Assembly: GCA_947085635.1 (NCBI GenBank)
Contig: CAMTXC010000010.1
Location: 18,151 to 82,150, forward strand
Length of the DNA stretch: 64,000 bases
Source of the DNA: an uncultured Actinomycetes bacterium
GTDB taxonomy: Bacteria; Actinomycetota; Thermoleophilia; RBG-16-64-13
Direction: 5' to 3'
The notes beneath the pieces are model-generated. The model was not told where the DNA came from, did no database searches, and was given only the letters and a program-made list of their open reading frames with translations. A program made the translations under genes and the position numbers. Position 1 is the stretch's first letter; every line of letters begins with the position of its first letter. Positions 1 through 9,689 of this stretch are shown piece after piece.

Positions 1-936
1 GTCGCCGATCGAAAGGCCGGCCTTCTCGAGAGCCATGCGCGCCGCCGGCACCGGCGCGGCGGGCATGAAGTACTGCTTGGCCCGCGAATAACCGAAGGAG
101 AGCACCTGGATGGTCGGGCCGTCGCCGCCGAGATCGCGGGCGCGGTCTTCCGTGGTCACGACGATCGCGGAGTTCCCGTCGGCCGGGTGCGTCTGCGCGC
201 CGTAGGTGAGCACACCGCCGGTCAGAACCGGCTTCAGGCCGGCTAGGCCCTCGGCCGTGGTGGGGAAGATTCCTTCGTCGGCTTCAAGTGTGATGGTCTT
301 CTTGCGGCTCACCTGGTGCTCGATGGGGAACATGTAACGCTTCTGGAAGGCGCGGTCGTCGGCCATGCCATCCATGTACTGCTCGTACCGACGCAGAGCT
401 ACGGCGTCGCATTCCTCCCGGGTGATACCGGCCTCCTTGGCCACCATCTCCGCCGTGCCCACCATCGCCACGGGCGCCCAGGGGTGGCCCTCGAAGTTGT
501 CCATCACCCAGTTCTCCATGTCCACCTGACCGCCCGGTCCATTCGGGTTAGGCCAGACGGAGTGGGGGCCGTTGGACGTCCTGTCGGCCATCAGGTTGAA
601 GACCGTGCCCGCCGACCCGAACTCCACCGCCATGGCCGCTTGGTAGACGCAGGTGGTCGAGGTGCTGCAGGCCTGACTGATCCACACGCCGGGAACACCC
701 TCGGCCCCGATGAGTGTGGCCGCGAGCGGCCCGCCGAAGAACACGTGGGGCTGCGCGACCGTGCTGCCGAAGTTGACGTAATCGATGATGCCGGGATCCC
801 ACCCCTTGCCCGCGAGCCACCGGGCGGCCGTAGCCCCTCCGAGCGGTAGGGAGTGGACTGTCGACAAGCTCCCCTGCCAACGCGCGAACGGCGAGGCGAA
901 GTAGCCACGGTACGGAATGAACGCTTTGGTGAACAT
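1..936 (-). CDS. thiolase-like protein (acetyl-CoA acetyltransferase/SCP-x type), 5' part only; gene continues past window start
   Basis: Minus-strand frame from ATG at 936 (GGAAGGA SD upstream) reads MFTKAFIPYRGYFASPFARW...QACSTSTTCVYQAAMAVEFGSAG...ADGNSAIVVTTEDRARDLG, the thiolase-fold active-site Cys region and Gly-rich C-terminal region. No stop before position 1. Not in ORF track because truncated. Confidence 0.7.
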   Translation of the reverse strand, partial: MFTKAFIPYRGYFASPFARWQGSLSTVHSLPLGGATAARWLAGKGWDPGIIDYVNFGSTVAQPHVFFGGPLAATLIGAEGVPGVWISQACSTSTTCVYQAAMAVEFGSAGTVFNLMADRTSNGPHSVWPNPNGPGGQVDMENWVMDNFEGHPWAPVAMVGTAEMVAKEAGITREECDAVALRRYEQYMDGMADDRAFQKRYMFPIEHQVSRKKTITLEADEGIFPTTAEGLAGLKPVLTGGVLTYGAQTHPADGNSAIVVTTEDRARDLGGDGPTIQVLSFGYSRAKQYFMPAAPVPAARMALEKAGLSIGD

Positions 937-1170
937 GGACCTATCCTTCCTCTAGACGCAATCCCGGTCTGGTCGTAATCCGATCAGGGCACGCGGAGTG
1001 CGGAGCCATGACCCCGCCGCAGCTCCACCCGGTCCGGGGCCGCACGCGTGTACCAGCGATTATCTGTGTTAGTTGGCCGTTCAGTCAAGTGGCGCGCGTC
1101 CGCGACCCCTGTTCCACGTGCGGGCGGTCGTCCCTTGGAAAGAGTGCCGCTCGTCCCGTGCACGAGGTCC

Positions 1171-1245
1171 TTGACAAACTTTTCTTGGACGCGCGTTGTC
1201 AATCGCACCGATTCGGGGTACGATTAGTGTACCGCCTTACACTAA
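1171..1245 (+). promoter_or_regulatory. putative promoter plus palindromic operator upstream of RIC gene
   Basis: TTGACA at 1171-1176; TTGTCA at 1196-1201 with TACGAT at 1219-1224 (17-bp spacer); inverted repeat TTAGTGTA-N6-TACACTAA at 1224-1245, 16 bp before the ATG at 1261. Confidence 0.3.
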
Positions 1246-1260
1246 ACGGGGGTCCCAGTT

Positions 1261-1971
1261 ATGCATATCACAAGCGACACAAGGGTCGGCGACATCGCCA
1301 CTACGGTCCCGGCCTCCATCTCCGTCTTCGAACGCTACGGCGTGGACTTCTGCTGCGGCGGCGACACCCCCCTCAGCGAAGCCCTCCACGGAACCGGCCT
1401 CTCGGTGGGCGATATCCTCGCGGAGATCGAGTCCGCGGCCTCGTCCATCCAAGCCGAGGACCGGCTGCACGAGGACTGGGCCCAGAGCGACCCTGCCGCC
1501 CTGGCCGACCACGTCGAGGCGGTGCACCACAGCTACCTGCGCGAACGTCTCCCCAGCGTGGGCCGGAAGATGGCCACCGTTCTCATGGTGCACGGCGAGG
1601 CCCATCCGGAGCTCTTCGAGCTCGGACGGCTCTTGGAGCAGTTGAGGGTCGAGATCGAGCAACACCTGCGCACCGAGGAAGAGGTGGTGTTCCCCGCTGT
1701 GCGCACGCTCGTGCGGGAAGCTCCCACGGGATCCGCCGAGGCCGCGCTCAAGGATTGGCTTCGCGGACTCGAAACCGAGCACGACGGCGTGGGCAACCTG
1801 CTGAAAGGGATGCGAGGCATCACCTCCGGCTACCAGACGCCGTCCGGGGCCTGCGCCACCTACAGTGCGCTGTTCCAGGACCTGCAGGCCCTGGAGGCCG
1901 ACATCCACCGGCACGTGCATCTGGAGAACAATGTGATGTTCACGACCACTCGGCGCCTGCTCGCGGAATGA
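1261..1971 (+). CDS. ric: iron-sulfur cluster repair di-iron protein (RIC/ScdA/YtfE family)
   Basis: N-terminal ScdA_N motif DIATTVPASISVFERYGVDFCCGG followed by hemerythrin-like His/Glu-rich domain (HHSYLRERL...HLRTEEEVVFP...HRHVHLENN); 236 aa typical length. Confidence 0.8.
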   Translation: MHITSDTRVGDIATTVPASISVFERYGVDFCCGGDTPLSEALHGTGLSVGDILAEIESAASSIQAEDRLHEDWAQSDPAALADHVEAVHHSYLRERLPSVGRKMATVLMVHGEAHPELFELGRLLEQLRVEIEQHLRTEEEVVFPAVRTLVREAPTGSAEAALKDWLRGLETEHDGVGNLLKGMRGITSGYQTPSGACATYSALFQDLQALEADIHRHVHLENNVMFTTTRRLLAE

Positions 1972-2219
1972 ATCAGTACGCCGTGCGACCCTACGCCACG
2001 AGTCTCGACGCATGACATGACGGGGCCGGCGCGCTGCCGACCCCAACGCTTTGTCTCGAAGCGAACGACTCAACACAAGCCCGGCGGCGGACAAACACCA
2101 CTGATACTGCGCTACCCACAGGACTGAAGGCTTAAGGAACAAGTTCGCGGGTGCCGTCCCGACACCACAGCGGCGACTCAGTTTGATACCCTTGCCGCGC
2201 ATCGACTCGGGACGGACAA

Positions 2220-3434
2220 ATGGGACAAGAGAGCCGCAAATCCGATCTATTGAGCCTCGTGCTCATGCTGGGCTTCATGTCGGCCGCGCTGTCGCTCTCG
2301 ATGCTCGCGGTCATCGCTCCCCGCCTCGAAGACGACCTTGGGCTCACCGCCGCACAGGTGGGTCTGCTGATGTCCGGCTTCCTCTTCGCCTATGGATTAG
2401 CTCAGATCCCATCCGGCGCCGCCGCGACCCGATGGGGCGGCCTCATCTTGGCCGCAGCGTACGCATTCATGTGCGCGGGTAGCCTGCTTCTGGCGACAGC
2501 CGGCTCCTTCCCGCTCCTCATGGTCGCGAGGGTGATCCAAGGAGTGGGGGCGGGCATCGTCCTGCCCGCCTCTGGTGTGGTCATGGCCGCGCACATCCCT
2601 GGGGACCGTTTGGGGCGAGCCTGGGGCATTTTCGGGGTGGGTTGGGGCATCGGCTCCATCGTTGCACTCCTAATCCTGCCCAGTGTCGCCTCCGCGGGGG
2701 GAGTGGTTGCGGCATCGGTGACCGCTGCGGGGATTGTGACTGCGGCTGCATTGATCGCGCTCCGTCGCGGTGCCTTCACCACCAGAGGGGTCCGTGCTGC
2801 CGCGGGCACGGGCTGTGGTTTCTGGGCGGAGTTCTGGACGGTCGCGCGTAGACCGGCAGTGAACCTGTTGGGGCTCTTCAATGCTGCCGCTCTGTCGGTC
2901 GGCGTGGGAGCCCTCGCCTGGACGCCATCCTTTCTGGCCGACGAGCACGGCACGAGTACCGCGGTCGCCGCCTACCTAACGGCGGGCTTGGGGGCCGCTC
3001 AGATCGTGGCCACCCCCGCCGGAGCCGCGCTGGCAGGCCGCATCGGGCCGAAAGGCACGCTAGCCGCCGCGTTCATCGGGATGGCAGTGCTGACCGCGGT
3101 CGTGCCGTTGTTGCCCGGAGCCTTTCCCGTGTTCCTCGCCATCGTGCTGGTGGGTTTCTTCTCGATGATGTACTTTCCCCCCACCTTCGCCCAGGTGCCC
3201 CGAGTCGTTGATGCCCACCTTGTGGGCCTGGCCAACGGCTACGTGAACGCGGAGGGTTTCCTGGGCTCATTGATCGCCCCCTGGATCTTTGGGCTACTGC
3301 TCGACGCAGGACACGGCTACACGTCCGGCTACCTCTTCCTGACGGCCTGCGGAATAGCAGGCCTGATCGGCGTGCCCATCCTGTTCAACTTACTCGCACG
3401 GCAGCGAGCGACCGAACCGGGTAGCGCAGCGTAG
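2220..3434 (+). CDS. MFS transporter
   Basis: 404 aa, 12 predicted hydrophobic segments, MFS signature-like GLAQIPSGAAATRWGG loop after TM2. Confidence 0.75.
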   Translation: MGQESRKSDLLSLVLMLGFMSAALSLSMLAVIAPRLEDDLGLTAAQVGLLMSGFLFAYGLAQIPSGAAATRWGGLILAAAYAFMCAGSLLLATAGSFPLLMVARVIQGVGAGIVLPASGVVMAAHIPGDRLGRAWGIFGVGWGIGSIVALLILPSVASAGGVVAASVTAAGIVTAAALIALRRGAFTTRGVRAAAGTGCGFWAEFWTVARRPAVNLLGLFNAAALSVGVGALAWTPSFLADEHGTSTAVAAYLTAGLGAAQIVATPAGAALAGRIGPKGTLAAAFIGMAVLTAVVPLLPGAFPVFLAIVLVGFFSMMYFPPTFAQVPRVVDAHLVGLANGYVNAEGFLGSLIAPWIFGLLLDAGHGYTSGYLFLTACGIAGLIGVPILFNLLARQRATEPGSAA

Positions 3435-3494
3435 CCCTTGCCGGACGGAGCCTTCCGAACGGTTTCCGGAAGCCCCTGACCGGCGGACCAGCTT

Positions 3495-5630
3495 CTAGAA
3501 GGCCATCGCAGTCTCGGCCGCCAAGCGCAGCAGCTTCTCTACGTCGCCCACGTACTTCATCACGTACACGCCGATAGGATCGAGCACGAGTTCCCAGTCT
3601 GGGAATACCACCACAGTCGTCGTCACTTCTTCAACTACCGCGGGGCCAACCACCACCATGCCGGGCTGGAGCTTTGCTCCATCGTAGACGTTGATGTCGC
3701 GGTAGCCATGTCCGTCCTCGAAGAATCCCGGGCGCTCGCAGCGCAGCGCCACCTCGGGGTCTGCGTTCTCGACCAGTTCGAGGCGAGGAAGTTCGGGTTT
3801 CGGCACACGCCCATAGACCGTAGACTCGATGTTGATGATCTCGGCGATATTGTCCCGCTCGGCATACGTGAAGAGCGCCTCGTGTCGCTTGTGAAAAGCC
3901 TCCACGATCTCCGGGAGCTTGTCCTGGGTAATGCGGAACACGGGGATATCCACCGCACACTCGTGCACTTGGTCCACATAGCGCATGTCCACCGACCGGC
4001 TCACGTACACGTCCTCGGGAGCGAAGCCCTCGGCGATCAGATCGGTGCGGCCGGTGGTCTCCATCTCCTCGAACCGAGCGTTCAGCACGTCGGCTTCGGC
4101 CTGGTCCATGCGCACGGCGTACGAAGACAAGTGATTGTGCTTCACGTCCGAGATGATCTCTCCGAACGCACAGAAGCCGGATGCGATCCGGGGCACGATG
4201 ACCTGGGTGATACCCAACTCCTCGGCCAGCTTCGCGGCGTGCGCAGCGCCGGCGCCGCCACCCGACACGATGGCGAAGTCCCGTGGGTCGTGGCCACGCT
4301 CGATGGAAACCCGCCGAATCCCGGCCACCATGTTGCTGTTGACCACTCGGAAGATCCCCAGAGCCGCCTTCTCGGTGGAGATACCGAGGGGCTTGGCCAC
4401 CTTGTCCTCGACCGCCTTGAAGGAAGCCGCCGCATCGATCTCCAGTCGACCACCCAACAGGTGATGCTGGTTCAGGTAACCCAGCACGACCAAGGCGTCG
4501 GTGACCGTGGGGTGCACGCCGCCCCGCTTGTAGCAGGCCGGTCCGGGCTCCGCACCGGCACTCTCGGGACCCACACGCAGGAGCCCCATGGAGTCGACCG
4601 CGGCGATGGAGCCGCCGCCGGCGCCCAGGGTTTCCACCTGAAGCATCGGAATGCCGATGCGGTACCGGCTGAAGTCGAAGTCCTTCATGGTGTTGGTGCG
4701 GCCATTCGCCGCAAGGGCGATATCGAAGCTCGTGCCGCCCATATCCACCGTGATGATGTTGTTCCGCCCCAGACGCTCACCGAAGTAGAGTCCGGCGGCA
4801 GGACCGGCTGAGGGGCCGGAGTTGAGCGCGTAGACCGGCTTGTTCGACAGCACCTCCCCCGACGCCAGCCCGCCGTTGGACTGTACGTAGAGTATCTTGC
4901 GGTCGTAGCCCATCTCCTTAAAGAAGTCTTCGATCCGCTGGATATAGCGCGAGAGGATGGGCCCCAGGTACGCGTTCGTCGTGGTAGTCGAGGTGCGGGT
5001 GTATTCTCGGATCTGCGGGAAGATATCCAGCGAGGTCGAGATGAAGAGATCGGGCAGCTCCTCGCGGACGATCTCCTCCACCCTCCGCTCGTGAGCGGGA
5101 TTGAGGAACGACCAGATCAGCGAGATGGCCACCGCTTGGGCGCCGCTCTTGCGTATCTTCTCCACGGCCGTGTACACGCTGGCCTCGTCGAGGGGGATGC
5201 GCACGCTCCCATCCGACAGGACGCGTTCCTTGACGCCCAGCCGCAGATAGCGCGGCGCCAGAATCTGCGCCTGCGGGTAGTCGGCGTCGTAGCGGTGGCC
5301 GTCCTCCTTGTGGCCCAGCCGGATCTCGAGGGAGTCCTCGTGGCCCGCGGTGCACAGAAGGGCCGTCAGGGATCCTTTGTGCTCCAAGAGAGCGTTCAGG
5401 GCCACTGTGGTTCCGTGGATGATCATGTCGCACCGAGCCAGGAACTCGGCCGGCGAAAGGCCTTGGTCTTGGGCGATCTGTTCCAGCCCGTCCCGAATGG
5501 CATCAGGCGGATTGTGCGGAGTCGACGACGTCTTGTACAGCTTGATCGATCCGGTGCCATCTTCGAGGATGAAGTCGGTGAAGGTGCCCCCAGTATCGAT
5601 GCCGAGGCGAAAGCCGGTTCCTCCCGCCAT
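3495..5630 (-). CDS. hyuA: hydantoinase/oxoprolinase family subunit A (N-methylhydantoinase A / acetone carboxylase beta-like)
   Basis: 711 aa; N-terminus MAGGTGFRLGIDTGGTFTDFIL is the classic HyuA ATPase start; last gene of the 8-gene minus-strand operon, 1-nt gap from hyuB. Confidence 0.85.
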   Translation of the reverse strand: MAGGTGFRLGIDTGGTFTDFILEDGTGSIKLYKTSSTPHNPPDAIRDGLEQIAQDQGLSPAEFLARCDMIIHGTTVALNALLEHKGSLTALLCTAGHEDSLEIRLGHKEDGHRYDADYPQAQILAPRYLRLGVKERVLSDGSVRIPLDEASVYTAVEKIRKSGAQAVAISLIWSFLNPAHERRVEEIVREELPDLFISTSLDIFPQIREYTRTSTTTTNAYLGPILSRYIQRIEDFFKEMGYDRKILYVQSNGGLASGEVLSNKPVYALNSGPSAGPAAGLYFGERLGRNNIITVDMGGTSFDIALAANGRTNTMKDFDFSRYRIGIPMLQVETLGAGGGSIAAVDSMGLLRVGPESAGAEPGPACYKRGGVHPTVTDALVVLGYLNQHHLLGGRLEIDAAASFKAVEDKVAKPLGISTEKAALGIFRVVNSNMVAGIRRVSIERGHDPRDFAIVSGGGAGAAHAAKLAEELGITQVIVPRIASGFCAFGEIISDVKHNHLSSYAVRMDQAEADVLNARFEEMETTGRTDLIAEGFAPEDVYVSRSVDMRYVDQVHECAVDIPVFRITQDKLPEIVEAFHKRHEALFTYAERDNIAEIINIESTVYGRVPKPELPRLELVENADPEVALRCERPGFFEDGHGYRDINVYDGAKLQPGMVVVGPAVVEEVTTTVVVFPDWELVLDPIGVYVMKYVGDVEKLLRLAAETAMAF

Positions 5631-5631
5631 C

Positions 5632-7386
5632 TCAGACCCCTTTCCTCAACGCGCCGGTCGCGGCCATGTCGATCGCGAGGGTATCGGGATCAACAACCAC
5701 GCCGTACTCCTCACGGGCCGCCTGCGCCGAGACATAGCCGTCACGCACGTCACGCTTCACAAGATCGATATCCCGCTCGAATGGATCACCTACGCCACCC
5801 CCGCCGGGATTCAGGTTGGCCACTCGCTCGCCCGGGTTGATGACGGTAATCACGTTCTCGCGGAAGATGTCCACCGTTCCGTCGGCGTTGTAACGCACCA
5901 TCCTCCCAACCTTTGCGTCGGTGTACTTGCTGTAGGCCCCCGCGGCCGACGGAGCCGGATACCGTCGGCCTTCGCCGAAGGTGACCACGGTCATGGGATC
6001 CCAAATGGGCTCCACCTCCCAGGCCGTGCCCGAACCGCCCCGGTGCCTGCCGGCGCCTCCCGAATCCTCCAGAAGGCTGTACCTGCTGATGATGATGGGG
6101 TAGGAGTACTCCATGATCTCCACGTCGCCTGAGGTGAGCGCACCAAAGCAACACTCCGGACCGCACGCCGGCCAGCCATCGGTGATGTTGGTCGCGCCGC
6201 CACCGGAGATGATGGTAGCCAGGATCATGGACACGTACTCCTCACCGGTCCGCCTGTCCCTACCGGCGATGTTGAGGCCGTTGGAGTGGCCCCAAGAGGC
6301 CACTGCGCGGTCGGGCATGGCCTGCTCCAAAGCCAGGCGCACGGCGTCGGTGATGGTCTCGGAAGGAGTGGTTGTGCTGTTGACGCTAGGCGCGGGCTCC
6401 ATCGCGTTCGTCAGCGTACCTGGAGGGCCCACGTCGACGGTGATGGATCTGTAGAGGCCCTCGTTGTAGGGCGGCTCCACCTGAGCAAACATCATGATGC
6501 CAAGGTACACGCCCGAAAGCGAGTTGGCGGCGTAGCTGTTGATGAAGTAAGGAATCTGAGGCGGCGACTCCAGCTCCACGTGCATGGTGTCGCTCTTAAC
6601 CGTGATGGTCGCGGCGATCTCCAGATCGCCGTAGCCGTGGCCGGCGTCCTCGACCACGCCCGAGCCCTTGTACACGCCGTCAGGAATCTCGGTGATCATG
6701 CGGCGCATGCGGCGCTCAGCCATACTCATGAGCTCTGCGCAGCAGGCCTGCACTGTCTCCACTCCGTACTTGTCGAGCATGGCAATGAGGTTGCGCTCGC
6801 CGATCTTGCAGGCCCCGAGTTGTGCCCGCATGTCGCCAGCTTGGTCGCGGCGCGAGCGCACGTTCGTCAGGATGAAGTTGACGATGTCGCGACGCTCCTT
6901 GCCCTTCTCCCAGATCTTGATCGGAGGGATGCGCAGACCCTCGGCATAGCTGTCCTTGGCGTCGGGGTTGTAGCCGGCCGGCACCGGTCCCCCGATGTCG
7001 GTCACGTGGCCCTTGGAGACAGTCCAGAAGACCAACTCGTCCTTGTAGAACACAGGCTTGTACATGCAGCAGTCGACGATGTGACTGCCACTCCAGGCGG
7101 GGTCATTGTGATACATGACGTCGCCCGGGTAGATCTCGTCGCCGAAGTAGCTCGCCACAGTGCGCATGGCCGGCATCAGCGAGCCCAGGTGAATGGGGAT
7201 ATCCTGGCCCTGCAGCACCATCTCGGGCTTGCCGTCGAAAATGGTGTTGGAGTAGTCGTGAGCGATGTTGAACACGCTTGACCGGGCGGTCTTCTCGATC
7301 GTCAGCGTCATCTCACGCTGTGTCGACTCGAGCACCCCCCGGACGACCGCCAATGTGATGGGGTCGACTCTTCCTGACTGCGTCAC
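5632..7386 (-). CDS. hyuB: hydantoinase B/oxoprolinase family subunit B
   Basis: 584 aa; start MTQSGRVDPITLAVVRGVLE... typical HyuB; 4-nt overlap with upstream tautomerase gene (7383). Confidence 0.85.
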   Translation of the reverse strand: MTQSGRVDPITLAVVRGVLESTQREMTLTIEKTARSSVFNIAHDYSNTIFDGKPEMVLQGQDIPIHLGSLMPAMRTVASYFGDEIYPGDVMYHNDPAWSGSHIVDCCMYKPVFYKDELVFWTVSKGHVTDIGGPVPAGYNPDAKDSYAEGLRIPPIKIWEKGKERRDIVNFILTNVRSRRDQAGDMRAQLGACKIGERNLIAMLDKYGVETVQACCAELMSMAERRMRRMITEIPDGVYKGSGVVEDAGHGYGDLEIAATITVKSDTMHVELESPPQIPYFINSYAANSLSGVYLGIMMFAQVEPPYNEGLYRSITVDVGPPGTLTNAMEPAPSVNSTTTPSETITDAVRLALEQAMPDRAVASWGHSNGLNIAGRDRRTGEEYVSMILATIISGGGATNITDGWPACGPECCFGALTSGDVEIMEYSYPIIISRYSLLEDSGGAGRHRGGSGTAWEVEPIWDPMTVVTFGEGRRYPAPSAAGAYSKYTDAKVGRMVRYNADGTVDIFRENVITVINPGERVANLNPGGGGVGDPFERDIDLVKRDVRDGYVSAQAAREEYGVVVDPDTLAIDMAATGALRKGV

Positions 7387-7604
7387 TTGCCGCCTCCGTG
7401 AGTGGACGTGGTACGCGCTCGCCTATCGGAGAAGAATTCGCCTCCGAAAGCCCAATGGTCCGGCTCGTACTCCTCGATCAGTACGTTCACCTGATCCGCC
7501 GTCGTGTCGATGGTGCGTACGAGGGCATCGGTGATCTCGCGGACGAGCGCCCGTTTCTGTTCGGGCGTACGACCGGTCAGCATTTTGACCCCTACTATTG
7601 GCAT
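7383..7604 (-). CDS. 4-oxalocrotonate tautomerase family enzyme
   Basis: 73 aa, begins MPIVGVKMLTGRTPEQKRALVREITDAL (catalytic Pro1 after Met, beta-alpha-beta fold size); GGAGGGGG SD. Confidence 0.7.
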   Translation of the reverse strand: MPIVGVKMLTGRTPEQKRALVREITDALVRTIDTTADQVNVLIEEYEPDHWAFGGEFFSDRRARTTSTHGGGK

Positions 7605-7615
7605 GCCCCCTCCGA

Positions 7616-7825
7616 TTACTGCAAAGTCGCAACGACCTGCCCGGGCAAGAGCTCCTGGCCTTCCTCCACCTCGATGGAGGCGACCACGCCTCCCGTCTCG
7701 GCCGCGAGTTCCTGCGTCATCTTCATGACTTCTAGGGTCATGACCACTTCGCCGGCTTCGATGGACTGCCCCTTGGTCACCTTGATCTCAATGATCCGAC
7801 CGGGCAGTACTGTGACGATATCCAT
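7616..7825 (-). CDS. biotin carboxyl carrier protein-like (biotinyl/lipoyl attachment domain only)
   Basis: 69 aa; hammerhead biotinyl domain with EVMKM lysine motif (canonical E[AV]MKM); GGGAGGGAG SD. Confidence 0.75.
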   Translation of the reverse strand: MDIVTVLPGRIIEIKVTKGQSIEAGEVVMTLEVMKMTQELAAETGGVVASIEVEEGQELLPGQVVATLQ

Positions 7826-7913
7826 CCCTGCTCTCCCTCCCTTGATTGGCTGCGATCCGGGCCGCCGCGCCGCCCAGCTGCCGGCGTCTGCGACCGTGTC
7901 TTCAGGTCAACCG

Positions 7914-8693
7914 CTACCCGGCAAAGGCCTCCGCGAGGGGCGCGGACTCGATACTCACGGCCGCGAAGGCCGCGCGGATGGCCCTAGCGAACTCGATGGC
8001 GTGAGGCGTGTCCCCATGCAGGCACACAGAATCGGGCACCAGGTCCACGTCGACGCCGGTCTCGTTCGAACGAACCTTGCCCTCGAGCAAGCACCGCACC
8101 GCGCGCGCGGCCATGGCTTCGGCGCCCCCCCCGACGTTATCGATGTCGTAGGTGAAGATAATCTGGCCGTTGTCACGCATGCCGCGATCGGGATAGAACT
8201 CCACCACCACGGGCACGCCCATCTGCCTGCCGACCTCGTATGTCGCCGACTGCCGCATGCAATACACGGGCAGCTCGCGACCGATGCTTGCGACCGTCTC
8301 GAGGATGAGGCGCGACATCTGTTCGTCCTCGGCAGCCATCATGTACAAGGAACCGTGCGGTTTTACGTGCTGAAGGGTTTCCCCGGCCAGCTCCAGAAAG
8401 AGCTTCAGAGCGCCTGTCTGGTAGATCAAATAGTCCCTGATCTCCTCGGGCCTGCACTGCATGGGTCGCCGGCCGAACCCCATGAGATCGGGGAAGCCCA
8501 CGTGTGCTCCCACACGTACGCCCTTGGCCCTGCACATCCGCACGGTCTCGTACATTACCCGAGGATCACCCGCATGGAAGCCGCAACCGACGTTGGCCGA
8601 AGTGATGAAGTCGACCATCTCCTCGTCCCGGCCCATCTTCCAGAGACCGAAGCTCTCCCCCATGTCGCAGCTGATGTCGATCTTCATACCCAT
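7914..8693 (-). CDS. pxpA: LamB/YcsF family lactam utilisation protein (5-oxoprolinase subunit A-like)
   Basis: Track ORF 7914..9059 has a junk Arg-rich N-terminus overlapping pxpC. Real protein starts MGMKIDISCDMGESFGLW... (LamB/PxpA N-terminus) at ATG 8693 or 8687, directly after the pxpC stop TAA at 8696-8698. Confidence 0.8.
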   Translation of the reverse strand: MGMKIDISCDMGESFGLWKMGRDEEMVDFITSANVGCGFHAGDPRVMYETVRMCRAKGVRVGAHVGFPDLMGFGRRPMQCRPEEIRDYLIYQTGALKLFLELAGETLQHVKPHGSLYMMAAEDEQMSRLILETVASIGRELPVYCMRQSATYEVGRQMGVPVVVEFYPDRGMRDNGQIIFTYDIDNVGGGAEAMAARAVRCLLEGKVRSNETGVDVDLVPDSVCLHGDTPHAIEFARAIRAAFAAVSIESAPLAEAFAG

Positions 8694-8695
8694 GG

Positions 8696-9673
8696 TTATT
8701 TGATCACCGATTGCTCCGACACCGCGGATTTGAAAGCGCCGCGAAGGGAGCGGGCCTCTTCCTCGGTCACCACGTTGAAGCGCACGCGATCGCCGGGCTT
8801 GGCCTGACCAAGCTTCCACAGGGAGGTAGAGACCACCGTGAACGGGTTGACGAAACCGCCGAGGCTGGGACCGTCGACCATCAAGATGATGGGCGTCTGG
8901 CCGCAGAAGTTCACCGAGCCGACCGAATAGCCGTAGTCGATGATGTTCGACGGGTCCGAACCGTTCTCCGGCAGCTTGTGATGAGCCTTGTGGCCGAACT
9001 CGAAGTCGGGACCTTCGATCCGGTACCCGGTGCGATCGGAGAGCGAGGAAACCTTCCACTCATGCGAAGTGAACTGAGCGATGTCGCCCTCGGTCAGCCA
9101 GTCGTCGTGGGGGCCGAGCAGAACCTCGACCTCCCACGAAGCCGCAAGGACCGGCCTCGTCGACTCGACGATCCGGCGCCCCGTGCATTCGGCGAGCGGC
9201 CGGACCGAGGGAGCGGTCTTGAGCACGGTCCCAGCCTTGGCGGCACCGCCGTCGATGCCCCCGATGTTGGCCTTGACGAAAGTGGAGCAGCTGCCCATCA
9301 CCCTCGGGATATCAATGCCGCCGGCCAGCGCGACATACGAGCGGCAGCCCTGTGCGGCAAACCCGAAGCCGAGGAGGTCGCCCGCCGACACCGGCACGCC
9401 CTCCCACATGGGTATGGGTTGACCGTTGACCTTGGGCTTCATGTCGGCCCCACCCACGGCTATGACCGTGTCGGCTTGGAATCGGATCTCCGGCCCGATG
9501 AACTGTACTTCGAGCCCAGGCGCGCCCGGGGCGTTGCCCGCGGCCAGATTGGTCAGCTGGAACGAGAGCGCGTCCATGGGACCCGATGGCGGGATCCCCA
9601 GAGACCAGAACCCTATGCGGCCCGGGTAGTCCTGGACGCTCGTCTCGAGACCTGGTTTGATGAACTGAAGCAT
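8696..9673 (-). CDS. pxpC: KipA/allophanate hydrolase subunit 2 family (5-oxoprolinase subunit C-like; biotin-dependent carboxyltransferase domain family)
   Basis: Start moved to ATG 9673 (MLQFIKPGLETSVQDYPGR..., GGAAGGAGG SD); cyclophilin-like KipA domain; 325 aa. Confidence 0.8.
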   Translation of the reverse strand: MLQFIKPGLETSVQDYPGRIGFWSLGIPPSGPMDALSFQLTNLAAGNAPGAPGLEVQFIGPEIRFQADTVIAVGGADMKPKVNGQPIPMWEGVPVSAGDLLGFGFAAQGCRSYVALAGGIDIPRVMGSCSTFVKANIGGIDGGAAKAGTVLKTAPSVRPLAECTGRRIVESTRPVLAASWEVEVLLGPHDDWLTEGDIAQFTSHEWKVSSLSDRTGYRIEGPDFEFGHKAHHKLPENGSDPSNIIDYGYSVGSVNFCGQTPIILMVDGPSLGGFVNPFTVVSTSLWKLGQAKPGDRVRFNVVTEEEARSLRGAFKSAVSEQSVIK

Positions 9674-9689
9674 CGTGACGTCCTCCTTC

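Noticed and set aside
1008-2015. 335-aa ORF (and 1196..1645, 1237..2202) overlapping the RIC gene
   Set aside because: Arg/Pro/Gly-rich, low-complexity and typical of wrong-frame ORFs in high-GC DNA. The 1261..1971 frame has the recognisable ScdA/hemerythrin family signature.
3708-4811. 367-aa plus-strand ORF antisense to hyuA; similarly 6286..7281 antisense to hyuB
   Set aside because: No family resemblance. They lie fully inside well-supported hydantoinase genes on the opposite strand.
7914-9059. 381-aa version of the LamB gene with a 122-aa Arg-rich N-terminus; likewise long N-terminal extensions for pxpC (9742), CN-hydrolase (45948), sdhB (46754), sdhD (48386), trpS (51226), E1 beta (54688), E1 alpha (56141), mmsA (60313), pucR-2 (60108), AOR (14683), sucC-like (28633), citE-like (31081), prpD-like (31983)
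   Set aside because: The extensions overlap the upstream gene in another frame, are low-complexity, and lack an RBS. Internal ATG/GTG starts with SD sequences give N-termini matching the protein families.
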